Shown here piece after piece: positions 1 to 13,800 of a stretch of DNA of 64,000 bases. Source of the stretch: Lingula anatina (taxonomy: Eukaryota > Animalia > Brachiopoda); the NCBI GenBank assembly GCA_051362555.1, contig CM120640.1, forward strand, positions 53,422,788-53,486,787, read 5' to 3'. The position numbers and the translations under genes are program-made. Every line of letters begins with the position of its first letter. Within the stretch, counting starts at the first letter, position 1. The notes under the pieces were generated by a model. The model was not told where the DNA came from. It was given only the letters and a program-made list of their open reading frames with translations, and searched no databases.

Positions 1-3000
1 TTTGCCATTATTACTGTCACACTCATTGACATCTGCAACGATAGGGATTGATTTTAGCAGCAGAGATTTAATGACAATGTAAAATATTTAAGGGAGTTGT
101 TTGTGGTGATCTATCACAATTCATCCCTATGAATCACGCTCGGCTATCACTTGGTTGTTGACTTAATAATCACATAAAACGATTTTTATAATAGCACACA
201 TATAAATAGTTTAAATGTATTACTCTTTAACCATAAAAAGCACTTATGTTCTTTATTCCTTTCACAATCAAAACATAACACACAATTTCTTACCAACACA
301 GGGTCCTCCCGGGGGCCCATGGAAGCCCTCACTGCAGACGCACTCAGTCCTACTGCTGCCCTCTTTTAGAGTTCTCGAGTTCAGAGGACAGGGTAAACAA
401 CTGTTTACATCAGCTTTGTATGTATTTATGGGGCATGCTGGAATGTAGGCCCTATAGCACGTAAGTTGTCACATAAACTAAATCAAAAATGCACATTCCA
501 AATATTTCTCAAATATTAAATAATGCTGTTAATTCTGCTTAACATTGCCGACAACCAACATTGCCAACAAATTGTCGGAGGTAATCAGCACAGACCCAGT
601 TGTTAAAATTTCAATATTAATTCTATCTGAAGAGCTTTTTTCTAGATCTTACATTCAAAATAGGTAATGATTTTTGTATTACTCACCACGGCACTGCGGC
701 GGGAATCCGTCCCATTCACCAGACTCTGCGCACGCCCGTTGGCTGCTCCCTCTAGCCAGATAGTAACCCTCATCACACTCATATACGCACACTCCATCGA
801 ACCGGTTGCTGCAAGACACAATGCGGCCGTTCTTTGGAGGATCTGATACGGGACAGGTGATCTCTGGAAGGGCAAAGAAACTGGTAAAGTCATCTTTTCG
901 TGGAATGTCGATGTAGAAGGAAGATTAACCTGTTAAATTCTATCAAATATGTAGTCTTGTGAAGATTCTTTTGTCTATGGCTACTTATATTTGTCTGGTC
1001 TTACCAGCCAATATTTCGTCTGCTTGCAGTCAGACTTCGTCGGGAATGAGGTTGTGATAGGTGTGACAACCTATCACCCCCTCTGGTGTGGTATTTTGTC
1101 AGATGATGATGAAGTCTGACTGTAAATTGTTGATTTAACAGTTGCCTCTCACCTTCACAAGGCCCACCAAGTGGTCCAGAATATCCCCTATCACAGAGAC
1201 ACATCTCTTTAGTCGAAGCTGCGGCCAGGAGGGTGTGAGAGTTTTCTGGACATGGGCTGCACTGACCACCATCACTTCGGCCAACCTTGTAGAAATCCTT
1301 TGGACAAGCTGTAAAAATTTGATGTTACATATACTTTTTTTATTACCATAACTAACTAACAGTGAAGCTTTGCCATTCGGTTTCAAGCGCGTTTTAATGT
1401 TAGCAGCCAACAGAAATTGATCTCAGATCATAATCATCAATAAAAGACCATTAAATTATTTCTGGATTTAGTTTGAGAGGTATCAACTAATAAAAATATA
1501 ATTTTGGAATTGCCAATTATATTGCAATGTATGGTAATTATATTATGACATTTAACTCTTGAGCCATATATTAGTAAGTTATCAGAATAAGACTATATAC
1601 ATATACTTATATACCCTGGCAAGAAGGGGCCTCTGAGTCCCAGGTTCCGTTGGCCAGACAAGTGATTTTGGGAACACCTTGCAATACATAACCCTCATGG
1701 CAGAGGAAGAAAGCACTTCTGCCAAACTGATGTCCATCATCGTCCCTTGACCCGTGGTTAGGTATACCAGGGTCAGGACATTCAATTGCTGTAATCAAAG
1801 TATTCATTTTCGATGATCAGTTCTAGCTTGATTTTCACTATCAACGCTGGTTTAATTCTTTAAAAAAACGCAAAATGTTGCCAAGTAACTTTCATTATAT
1901 ACTAGTCTACCAAGTTGGTTTAAAAGTATTTAATGGCAGAAAATTGGTATTTCAAATAATGTTATCTCTACAAAGGTTTTTAAAGAGGTCGAATAGATAG
2001 GACTGAATCAAATGTCTTTTCAGTCAACAATTCCCTTTTTAAAACTTGAATATTTTTTCACAATTTTTGCCAATGCTTCACTCGTTTTATAATGTTTATG
2101 TTTTTAAACTTTAATATCGTTTTAAGAGTCATATTCATTATTAATTTTTTATTGTATCGTATTATTCATGCATCGTTTCGTACTTGGGCCCAATTCGAAG
2201 TTTTGCCTTCATTCTAAAATTGGGTATCAACACATCAATAGATATAACTTTTATCAAAACTTAATTGTACCCTGGCAGACAGGAACAGTTCCGTTCCAGT
2301 TTTCGTCCTCCAAGCACACAAGTGATGAGTTCCCTAACAATGTAAATCCAGTGTCACATGAAAACGTCACTTGTGTCCGGGGTTCAACTTCCTTCACCAT
2401 CATCTGACCGTGATTTGGGGCGATAAGTTGTGGACACTTGATTTCTAGAGAAACAAAATGAAAAAAACTAAGTTTAACTCTCTAAGGACACTTAACCTCG
2501 ATGTAGACCTACATGTACATCTGGAGTTATCGCTGCTCGTTGTCTTTGGTGAGTTAGGTGCTTGAGGATTTGCAAGGTGAAAAATCAGTGTTTCTTGGTG
2601 GGGCAGTTCCGTGACAATCACATAAGTGTACATGTAACTATGTAAACTTATCTCTATTCATTGAAAAGGCACTTTGAATCTCATTTCAATGCCACACGAA
2701 TCAACTCACGAAGACACGAAGGATGCGAAGAGCTCCACTCTCCCGAGGCAAGACATCTCCGTCGTCTCGGCCCAACCAACTTGTATCCAGGGTTACATGT
2801 AAAAGTGACCTGATCTTCGTAAAAGTAGTCTTCTCCGTGGACTTGTCCAAGGCCTAGCGAACCAGGATGACCACACCAACGTTCTGAAAAATATCATATA
2901 ACAGCATTTTCAGCAAACCAACGAGGGGGTACATCTTCAGGAAGAATTTGGGCATAAAAAAGTGAATTTACCTTATAATACTGCTCTGTAGTTCCATTTA

Positions 3001-5163
3001 TTTTTGTAACTGACAAAAGCTTTGGGTTATTCCATGCTCAAAACGCGATATTACCGCAGTATTGGTCTAAGACAACATCATATTTGAATTACAACCTATT
3101 TGAGCTGTTTTTCAGCCGACTAAGGCATTCACTATGCCTAACTATGCTTACACATACAACGGTACCTTATCCCCGGCTGTCTGCTTATGGTAATACCTGT
3201 TCCTTCAATTTATTTTCTGCTTCTCGTCATGGTCATCTCCCATTTTATCACAACTTTACATATAAGGATTAATTTAATGTTATGAATCTGGAAAATAAGA
3301 TTTCAAATCTATATCACTCACTGATGCATGTAGGTGGTTCAGTGCTCCAATTCCCAAAATTGCCAGATCGCGCCATACAGGTAAGCGTATTTGCTCCTCG
3401 TAATTCAAACCCATTTAGGCATTTAAATCCAATGTTGTCTCCAACTTCGTAACCAGGCTTTGCATTCAATATAAACCCGTTTTTCGGTGACTGCAAATCC
3501 GTACAGGTGATTTCTGAAAAATGCATTGAACATTGAACAACAATTAAATTGCATAGTGAAAAAAAACAATATTAAAACAATTTGAATTCTTAGTCAGAAA
3601 GGTTTCATTTATGATAGATCCTGAAATTTCAGGATCTATCATAAATGAAACCTTTCTGACTATCAAAACTAAGATCCAATGAAACTATTTTCAATTTTGA
3701 ATTCTTTTTCAGTATATCAGCCCTGGGTTTTCAGTTACTTTTGCACCTTTATAACATTTTTTTTGTTAGAGCATATTTCACTTACTTTCACATTTTGGGT
3801 TCGAACTGCCAGACCAAGTCCCGTCTATTAAACATCTCCTATGCTCTGGACCGCCTACCAGTGCAAAGCCAGACAGGCAAGAGAAGGTAACAACACTGTC
3901 GTAGGGGGCAGGCCAGTTCAATACACCGCCTAAATCGCCATGAGTAGGCTTTAAAATTCGGGGACAAGTAATACCTGCAAAAAAATTATTAACACTTATT
4001 TCCAGATTTACTCTCATGTTGCCCATTCTGTATTTTTTATTTATTCAAACGCACATTGGACAAATGAAATTAATTTCAATGGCATGTTTAAATTCTTTAC
4101 CCCTTTCTACCTAATATCAACTTTTCCCTTTCCATTCTTCCAAAACACTATCTCCAAAGTTGTTTTTGTGTGATTTGATTTGAAAGTACAGGTACATCTT
4201 CAAATGCCCTATCTGATCTATCCTCAACAGATCTTATTCATTGCCGTCGTCCATTTACCGTTCTCACAACAATCTCCGAGGAATCCAGGTAGGCAGGAAC
4301 AGATGTCTGTTAAGCTCGTCCCGCCATTAACACATTGGATGCGACATCGCTGATGCTGAATTCTGTCACCTGAAACGGCAACGGAAATCAAATTCACACT
4401 TTTGCATATTTGTGATTGTGTCTCATTAATTGCTTCAGTTGGGAACGCATAAGATTTTGCTGTACTATCTACTAACACATTTTATGAATGCTTTTGTCTT
4501 TGAAAGACTTGATCTAATACTTACATACTTATTTAAGCTATTCAGCAACATTACATTTGATTTGCTCAACAGGTAGTTGTTATTTAATGACAAAAGGTAG
4601 TGGCCAGAATGATTTATTGGACATCGATAGACAATAAAAGAATTAAAGCCTTGTATTATTCTTAATTTTTTTTTTTTTTGAGCTCACCATTTTTTTTCAT
4701 TACAATAAAGAGTTTATGGGCCCAAAGATAATAATTCTGTAACACGATCTACTTACATGAGAATGTAAACGAATAAATATATAATACGTCTGATTACAAA
4801 TAAATATGGGATCACAATAACATGTACTTTATAGGAGAGAGAATATCACGAAGTTCATCGGAGAATTCACATAACTCACCTGGACAGGGGAAACCTCGAC
4901 AGGTGTTAGGGTAACCGCTCGATCCAAACTGCTTTACGCCACGTGTTCGGGAGCGGGATCCGCTATGACACTTGTCACTACACAGTCCCCAAGCACTCCA
5001 GGTATCCCAACACCTCTGAGCACAAAACGTGGTCATGTAACGACGATGCTCCTCGTCTAGAGCCCTCATTTTTTCATTGGCTCGGTTCTGTGCATCTTTT
5101 TGTCCCACAAAATCAGTGAAATCGAACACGCCGCCAAATATACCGCGTTTATGTCGATGTGAA
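1..5163 (-). CDS. Paralogue 1 (3'-partial): secreted TSP1-EGF-CCP5-GCC-CCP-GCC-cbEGF SVEP1-like mosaic protein
   Basis: GT-AG exons in frame: 4880-5163 (SHRHKR/GIFGGVFDF...charged helix...TSP1 WSAWGLCSDKC..RSRTR), 4259-4369 (EGF), CCPs 3786-3974, 3322-3513, 2710-2883, 2271-2444, 1615-1788, GCC 1153-1308, CCP 687-863, GCC 294-437, cbEGF <1-32 (DVNECDSNNG). The leader exon is uncertain (candidate 5753-5871). Confidence 0.88.
3591..3662. repeat. Perfect 72-bp spacerless palindrome in an intron
   Basis: tagtcagaaaggtttcatttatgatagatcctgaaa is followed directly by its exact reverse complement. Confidence 0.95.
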
Positions 5164-5367
5164 CTGAAATAAGGATGTTGATTAATATTGTTAATAGATA
5201 CGATGCCATTTATTTATCATAATCTTTATGCCTCCAATTCTAATGAAAGAGAGAGAGCGAAAGAGTCAGAGCATTGATAAATCTAAACATGTACATTAGT
5301 ATAAGTTTTAACCGATAGAGGTCGCTTTTGAGTCAGTCAATAATTTGACAAAGAAAGTATTCATAAT

Positions 5368-5655
5368 CAGTGGCGGATTTAGAGGGGGGTCAGGGGGGTC
5401 CTGACCCCCCCCCCCCCCCCTACGGTTTCTGAAAAATATATCACACCAATATTTCCATCTTGAAATTAGAATTTTGACTAGCTGAATCATAGTTCTAAAC
5501 CGTACCAAAGGGCACCGCTTGCCCTCTAAAACACCAAAAATGTTTCGGGGCCCTTGAGCAGGCCCCGAACCCCACGCCAAGGGGGCGATGGCCAGCTTCG
5601 CATCTGAGGCCTGTCGTTCTGGACCCCCCTTCAAATAATCCTGGATCCGCCCCTG
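5368..5655. mobile_element. Non-autonomous DNA transposon (MITE) with imperfect TIRs and a 6-bp TSD
   Basis: Ends are CAGTGGCGGATTTAG and CTGGATCCGCCCCTG, flanked on both sides by CATAAT (5362-5367, 5656-5661). It is a GC-rich island in an AT-rich region. Confidence 0.85.
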
Positions 5656-6129
5656 CATAATTTTCTGTATTATGATAAATCAACAAAATACTTTGCGCTT
5701 GTCGCCAGATTGATGAATTTTTCAAGGAGGAGGACGCTTCTGGTTATCTAACCTGGTTCAGTTTTTCAATTTAGTCGTTGAAAAGAGGTCTTGGGGACGG
5801 AGGAAGAGTGATAGAGGCAGGATAATGAACAGAAAACGAGAGAGAAATAACTGCAAACTGACAATGGTCATTGTCTTTGTCTTTATTTTGTTGGCTGCTC
5901 GTGTCTGATTCAGTTGCTGGTCTTTCATGATAAGTTTTTGCACATGCAAATGGTCGCAATACAAAAGCTCTTATCTGTGTCCCCATTTAACACGCCAGAA
6001 AAATTTTAAGTAAGAAGCCGCAAACCATATATATATATATATATATATATTAAGATTAAGACACCGTTGTTGAAAGAAAAAAGCATTCCCTTTTTAAAGT
6101 CAGTTCAGTTGGCTACGTACAGTGTATGA

Positions 6130-7505
6130 TTATAAACCATACCGATAGAGAGCGCTTGCAGCTTCTGAAACACAATATAGATTTATTTGACAAGGCATTA
6201 CATTTGATATCAGGAAATTTGTTTCTAAATTTAATCACCTGATTTTGTTTATGTGGCGATAATAAATGGATATCCATTTATTTTGTTAAAAATCTATGAA
6301 AAGGTCCGGGTTGGAAAGAACAACGGAAATACACCTACGACCGCATGATTATGTGTCCAATTGCAAGATGAAATGCAGAACACGTTAAACAAGAAACGTG
6401 TTGTTACTGTACCAAGATATCAGCTTAAATTAAAAGAAACAAAACTCAGATGATTCAATTTCAAAACAATTTCCTGATATCAGATGAATTTGCACATTTT
6501 CACTTCAATGACAGACATAGAGTTGAAATATCAAGAAGAGTGAGAAGGGGGCAGGTAAGGGCGCACCTACTCCTCCTTACCCGGGGTATTGATAAAATGT
6601 AGTGGGTTTCAAGGGATCTCCTACGGTGTCTGTTTTTCGCTTTTGGAAAGGAATGATGGCCAAATCTGTCTTGTCACAAATGAACATCACAGATGACGAC
6701 ATTGACGGTTTGAATTTAGGGAAACGAAAAAATCAGTACGTAGGCCTACGTGCCGTTATGTCTGAGATACATGTAACTAATATTCTGTGTTTTGAGACCG
6801 CCTAAGCTGCACATGGCCTTTCCAGCCCTTCTGTGCTTATATGAATAACTTCATAAAGTTAATTATTTTAGAAGAAGGCTCACATAGTAGGCTGGGTAGA
6901 TTAATGTACATGATATAAAGCACGTATAAAACATTTTACCAAGTGTTGTTAAAGATATTTAAAAAGACTTTCTTTTATGATCAGTTCATGACAAATTATA
7001 AATCCTGCCGATAGAGAGCGCTTGGAGATTTTGAAACAGCACAATTTTATTTGATAAGGGATTATATTTCTATAAGGAAATTGTTTTGAAATTAAACACA
7101 TGATTTTTGTTTATTCGGCTTAATAAAATAGGCATTTATCTATTAGGTTGATAACTTTTGAAGAGGTCCGGGTTGGAAATAACAACGTAGATACACCTAC
7201 GACCGTATGATTGTATGTCAAATTATTGGATGAAAAGCAGAGCACGTTAAATAAACAACGTGTCATTACAGTACCAAGAAATCTGCACAAGTTAAAATGA
7301 ACAAAAGGTAATTATTTAATTTCGAGACAATTTTCTGATACCAGATGAATCTGCACATTTTATTTCACTCCAATGAGAGATGTAGGGATGAATATCAAGA
7401 AGAGTTGGGGTGCAGAATAAAGGCTGTCCACAAGCCCCCTGCCTGTAAGACTGTTGAAAGATTTAGTGCCTTATAGTGTCTTTTCTCCACTTATGGAAAG
7501 GGCCG
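6130..7505. repeat. Diverged direct duplication of ~500 bp (about 6130-6655 and 6995-7505)
   Basis: Colinear shared blocks: ccgatagagagcgcttg, aggtccgggttggaaa, atacacctacgaccg, cagatgaat.tgcacatttt, aatatcaagaagagt. Confidence 0.85.
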
Positions 7506-9150
7506 GTGTATCCGCTTGTTTTACTGAAACATATTTAAATGGTTTTTCACATCAGAAGTTTAAATAAAACGCAAGTTTCTTTAAATTGCGCTGGTTTACT
7601 GCTGTAACTAGGTAAAAGTAAATATGAATGCCTCTGCTCAACCGTCTGCTGGCGTTATCATGTTTCTTGGAAACAGATACGTGAAATACGATAGATAAAA
7701 AGCTGCACTTAGCGCGTGCATCGCCGTGTGTTTCTGGTAAAAGAACCCGGACCTTAAGTTGCAAATTACAGTGGGATCATTTCTGGTTTATCAGAACTCA
7801 CTGACTGACAAGCCCCGAAGTGATGCACGATTTAAACCCCTTTTTAAGGTGGCTATGTTGATGGTTCAAGAGGATTAGTCAACACTTTTCGATTCGTGCA
7901 GTTTGTTTGAAGGAGGGTAAAAGGCTGAAAAAAAAAAATAACCACACAATCCAACGATTTCACAAAAATACATATTTGGCATGAAAAGCAGGCTGGAAGC
8001 AATGTAACTTAGTTCACATAAATATACAAAAACATGCTTGCATAAGAATCGGGGAAACTAATTAGAGCACACAAATTAGGATGTTTAAGTTTCGTTGAAA
8101 TAAATGTAGAATAAAACCCTTATTAATCTGAAATCATAGTATTAGTTTGAGTCGATAGAGGGCACTCTGTTTACCTTACTATGAACAAAGTTAATTCTCT
8201 CGAAATGAGTTCTTGGAAATGGATGTTGATGGTAACGTTTAAAGAAGTAAAATACTGAAATCTTTAGTTACGTTCAAAACGGCAAAGACATAATTATAGT
8301 GACAATGTAAATTTAAAAAATGGAAACAGAAACATATTTCACTTGGAATATTAGTGAAGTGAAAACGTATTATCTTGTATAAAAAGCATAAAGCTCTTGT
8401 TTTGGGACAACTTCTGTGCTTACATGTAACATTTGGTAAAGTTAAGTGTATTTTCCTTTCAGAATAATGCACATCACATTCTAGTGCACGGATAATCATT
8501 TGGATGGCTGTTTTTAGATGATTGAAAGCAACTTTGTTTTATGGTGTTTTATTACTAAGTCCGGGTTTGAATCCTACGTGGGTTTCCAAAAATAGACCGC
8601 TAGCGAAGAAAGGTGGGAACAACTGTTTTCCTATCATCTGACTTTCAGCAATGCATTAGGAGGCATCTGTCGCGGAAATCCTGTTTGAAAGATCCGGGTC
8701 TGAAAGTGCACTGCCCAAAATAAAGCTAACATAGTCGCCAGTACTAGCATCATACAGAAACGAGCAGAAACTTTGATACTTAACCACTTGTTTAACCACT
8801 TTCTGAATATTTGAAAATCATTTCGCACTTCAGATTCGGGATTATACACTCAATCTACAAAAATACACCCCCTTGGTAATTGTTTATGTACATGAAAACG
8901 TTCTTTTGCGCCAAAGATGTATGAGCACGTGATATATACATGCAGCCGTACATGCAAGCATGTTCATGTACTATCATTATAACGTCAAATGGTATGTTAT
9001 AAATAATATGTTGTTTGTATTACATTTAACAAGTGGTTTTCACAATTTTGTTAATAAATGACGTTTAGAGAAAGACAGTGGAAGACCAGACCAAGGGGGA
9101 GTGCACGGTACATGGTGCGAGAAAAGATCTAAGGTCATCTAAATGTAAGT

Positions 9151-9181
<31 letters not shown>

Positions 9182-10898
9182 AATTTATAACTAGTAATAC
9201 CTTGCTAAATGAACACACTGTAAATACACTATCAATGCGATGCATGATGACGCAGTAAAACTACCCGGAGCTCTCATGTTGCTTGTTCACTCAAGTTCAG
9301 TCGTTCATTGATGTCTTTTCCGGTAGTTAAAGCGCAGCACAAAATGGCAGATATGATTTGCTATATTTCCTTATTTTTCCCCAATAAAAACTAGATACCA
9401 CAAAGGGTGAAGAGGGCGATAAGTTTTTTGAAGACCAGAGCAGCCAATGATTAACGAAGATTGACTGAAGTTAATATGTCAAATCTTCACTTTTCCAAGA
9501 AATGTGGTATAGATTAAATAGACAAGGTGTCTCAGTTGCCTATCTTGTAGGTTAAATATTCGGCATGTGGGAATTAGCAGGATATACAGTAGTTTTGCTA
9601 TGACCGCTTTCGATCATCATCGCCGCGATGTCCTTAATGTAGAAATTGTCATTTCTAGTTTCCCCAGATTGATTCTTTGCTTATATGCACATACTAAACC
9701 TCAAAAAGATAAACTTTCTCAAATTAAAGAAAAAACCAATAACACATGTCATGATTTACTTATATCATTTCAAGAGATGTGGGGCCAAGGTCGTGGATTT
9801 AAATGACGTGCACTGCATATGTTCTAAAAGAGTAAGTGAGCAAGGAAAAGAGGGAAGTTCCGCGTTACTTTTCGTTAACCTTTAGGTTCTTAAAGAGAGG
9901 AAAAATCAATCTCTATTTTGGCAATTTGTGGGAGAATCTGAGCAATATTTTTTCAGAATTCACTCGGGAGGGGTGGAGGGCAGGGCAGGGCAGGGCAGGA
10001 TTTTTTGTCACCGATTGCAAAAGATACAATTAACAAAATTTCCTGACGTCTTCGCTTAACCGCTGCAGAAATTCCTACCCTTACGTTTTAGGTCTTTAAA
10101 ACAAGTTATCACATATCTTACGCCGATGCACGATTAGTGCATTACCTTTTATAAAAATGTGAAAATTAAAAGAATGTTACATGACATACGGTACATATGC
10201 AAAGGCTATATGAAAAAAAATAAGATACAAAAATTTCGGATCAGGATTATGTAGTTTAATGGAGCTATGAAAAGTCCATCGGAACAAAAACGGAGTTTGA
10301 TTGCTTAAAATCAGTGCTGTGAAACAATACACGACAGAACTAGACAAGAAACTTTATAATAATACATTTATTAAGCTCTGAATACCAAAACAATGGAACA
10401 TTGTGCTAATTTATTAAAAGTCGAAAATATGCCAATTTTCGCTGAAAACAAAAAAGTAATCGATAAACAGTATTTAAAAAATCTCAATTTTACATCTAAA
10501 ATCTTGATGTGAAGGGAATACGTTGAATGCATGTTGCGTGGGGCATTTGCATCGCGGACGTCTTCTCGTGGCCACTGCATGCAAAAAACCTTTCTTCACT
10601 GAATCCAGAAGCAATTGCTCTATTGATCGAACAATAACCCTTTTAATTTAGAAAAAAAAACAAAGACCCGTTACTGTTATTCACGATTGACATCTCAGAT
10701 GAAGTATTTATTTATAGCATTTTCCGGGTTGTCTATTTTAAACCAGAGAATGACTGTGATTCAAGACAGGATATGGTATCAAGTGTCATGTTCACATAAT
10801 CAAATCATAATTTTGATCAGAAGCGCAAACCGAAAAAATGCAATACATGTCAGAAGTGCGCATACGCGCTACATCAATTTCAATGTCACAAAGTGGTA

Positions 10899-13800
10899 CT
10901 ATTTCTTGCGAAATATTTTCCGTACGACTACGTTGCACATAACCGGGTGCGAGGAGCCTTCCCCGGCCGTGGTCGTGTCTTCCAAACAAGGGTTGCAAGA
11001 TGTCTGCCCTTCCAGGGTCTGGTAGGTCCCAACAGGGCATGGGAGGCAGGTCCTTAGCTCTCGATCCGGTAGATAATATCCAGCGGAACAGGGCACTGTG
11101 AAGAAAAAAATATTAACATTAAGTACAAACTGGTAACTAAACTATTACAATGTACATGTGTTTGGCAGTTTCTCCTTATCTCTTAATCGGAAGAATATGC
11201 AAGTGTATTGGGAAGCACATACGTAGAGGCGAAATAACAAGCAAGAATGCCCATCAAACGAGTACCACAAATTAAAAAGAATGCTACATGTACATACAAA
11301 CAAGCATGAAATAAAAGACCAGGTATAAATGTATGTTAAAGAGAATATGGATTGGTTGGAATAAGGGGAGGAGTTTGGTAGTTTCTCTCCCTTCTCTCTC
11401 TCTCTCTTTTCCACGTGGATTTTAGGCCTGCAGTATACCCCCACCTAAAAATACATGAAAACTCACCACATAGTCTGTTTGATGTCAACACCTTCCCCGG
11501 GTCACACAGTATCTGTGGTTTCTGGTAGCTGAAACCTTGGCTATCAAGGGAGGGCCGGGCCTCTGCATAATCAATCGACGTGGTCTGTGTTTTAAACAAT
11601 CCTTCGAGAGCTTGCTTCAACTGGAATGTTTCTTTTAACATCTGTCGCATATTAAGCCGTTTACACGGCGTGTCGCAGTCCAACGGAACGTTCTCATCTG
11701 GGTTCTTGATAAGCACGCCAAAGTTGACGGTCACAACCACCTCGCTGTTGCCTTGGCTTTGGTCGCATCTTGTACTGACGTCTTGGACCTCACACGATTT
11801 TCTGCAAATGTTGAGGTTGTTGACTTTTTCCTGTATTTTTTGCTGAAGCTGCTGAGCGGTAAGATGCAACTCGATATTGTTGCAGTTGTCTTTGGTTTTG
11901 AAAGTTACGGTCACTGGAAGCTTGGTATCAACGAAAAACTCACCTGCAAACAAATGTTGCAATTTTAATGTCATGGACATTGTTATTTTGTTATTTTCCA
12001 TTCTGTAAGTTAAAACTGCAGCATTTGTGCTATGACAGCGTTCTGACCATCTCCCTGTAAAACAGCAGTTCAACTTATGAATGCCAATCCTTGGAGCCAT
12101 GAATGTAGGTATACCGTTATTTTATAGAGGAAATTGAACAAACCCTTAGCACGGATAATTCATCAATGGACACAAAATAATTGATAAAATTATCTACGAT
12201 GTAAAAAAAAACAAAATTTTAAAACATAAAAGGACAAACGCAATCTTCAAATCTAACAGAAATGACTTTTGCGCAAATGAAAATGACCTTGGTTAAAAAT
12301 GCAAGCTCAAAATTAAATTTCCTTACGAGTGCAAGGGGGTATCCTAGCGGTGTTGTTAATGACACGGTGAGACCAGATAAAGTCGGTGTCTGTGCCACAA
12401 GTCACGTAATTGTTGATCCCGGACACGAAGAAATAACCCCGGTTGCATTTCACGTGGCAAATGTCGGAATTCTCTCGGTCCGAGTGCTTGCACTCAAGGA
12501 AGCCGTTTGCAGGCATATCATCCGTCAATGACTGGCACGTTTTGTTAACTAGAACAAAAATGAAAAATGTTAAACTTGAGATATAAACTGCATGATTCGC
12601 AGAATATCAAGAGAAAACCTGTTTCGTAAAGGCAATGAAAAACTGGGTCTACTTACGTGTACATGTTTTGCCGTCGTTATCCAACACGTATCCGGGAATG
12701 GTACAGCTACACATGTGTCTGCCGGGCAAGTTTTCACATCTCTGGTCACAATTACCATTGTTGACAGCACATTCGTCTATGTCTACAATAAAAAAAGTGT
12801 TCCCATTAAGATAAACTGCGACGAGAAGAAGAGTGCAGAGGAGTGTATAACACAAGGTGGATCTTTTTAATCCCTCTATAATAGTCAAATGGTTCTTTCT
12901 TTATTAATGTGAGCTCTTTCATTTTTATATTCAAATACACTTTGGTAAACATCGAGTGGGTTTATATGTAATCTATAGATAACAGATAATTCACTATGTG
13001 CTCTCAGATTATGTGGCCTAAGATCTAATCCGAAAGGAAAAAAAACAAATATAACAAAGGAACATTTACTTACCTACACAAGTGAAACTGTCTCGACGGT
13101 AACCAGGTTTACACACACAGGACTGGAGCGATGTTCCCAACAGACCATTGGTGTGTGTGTTAAGTGGACAAGGCGTACACGTGTTAATACCTTCGAATTC
13201 TTTATACGTGTTCATTGGGCAGGCTGGAAGACAGCATTACAACAAAGGTTGAAATGAAACGAGTGTCATTGAAATCATAGCTTATATTATTGTATATAAC
13301 TGGAAGTCATCATATAACTGTTGTACACTTTCAAGCAGGAAATATATTTGCCATCAATTAGTTCATTCAACTTCCTATTAATTAAGGATGTCTAAAGAAA
13401 AAAAGCACATTGTTAATTTAAGCGTTTTTTTTCTTTAAACTTACATATGAAAATTAACAACCAATGAAAACAAGAGGGTGGACCAGAGAAATGTAAAGAA
13501 ACTTACCTGTGCAAGTAGTTGGGTTTCCCGTCCAGCCATCAGCAGTGCATTTGCGACTGTGTGAACCCTGGCGGATAAACCCAGCATCACAGTTGAATAC
13601 GCACTGGTCATTATAACCTGTCCCTGGACATTGACCGCTGCCATTGACCGGGGCAGTGAGTGGTTCACATGTTATGACTGAAAGTTTAAAAGGCGCTTCA
13701 TTTTAAAAATAGAAAGTACATTTAAAATATGACCCAGTTATTTCTGAATTATATATGACAATAGGACTACCAGTTTAGGTTTAGAACAAATGTTATCAAT

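Noticed and set aside
5758-5760. In-frame TGA as a selenocysteine codon
   Set aside because: It falls in a leader/propeptide position with no Cys equivalent in paralogues, and the 3' UTR is outside the window so no SECIS can be assessed.
10500-10625. Possible extra EGF-like exon downstream of paralogue 2 (..RPRCKCP.. on the minus strand)
   Set aside because: The Cys pattern needs frameshifts and there is no convincing upstream donor. At best it is a decayed exon.
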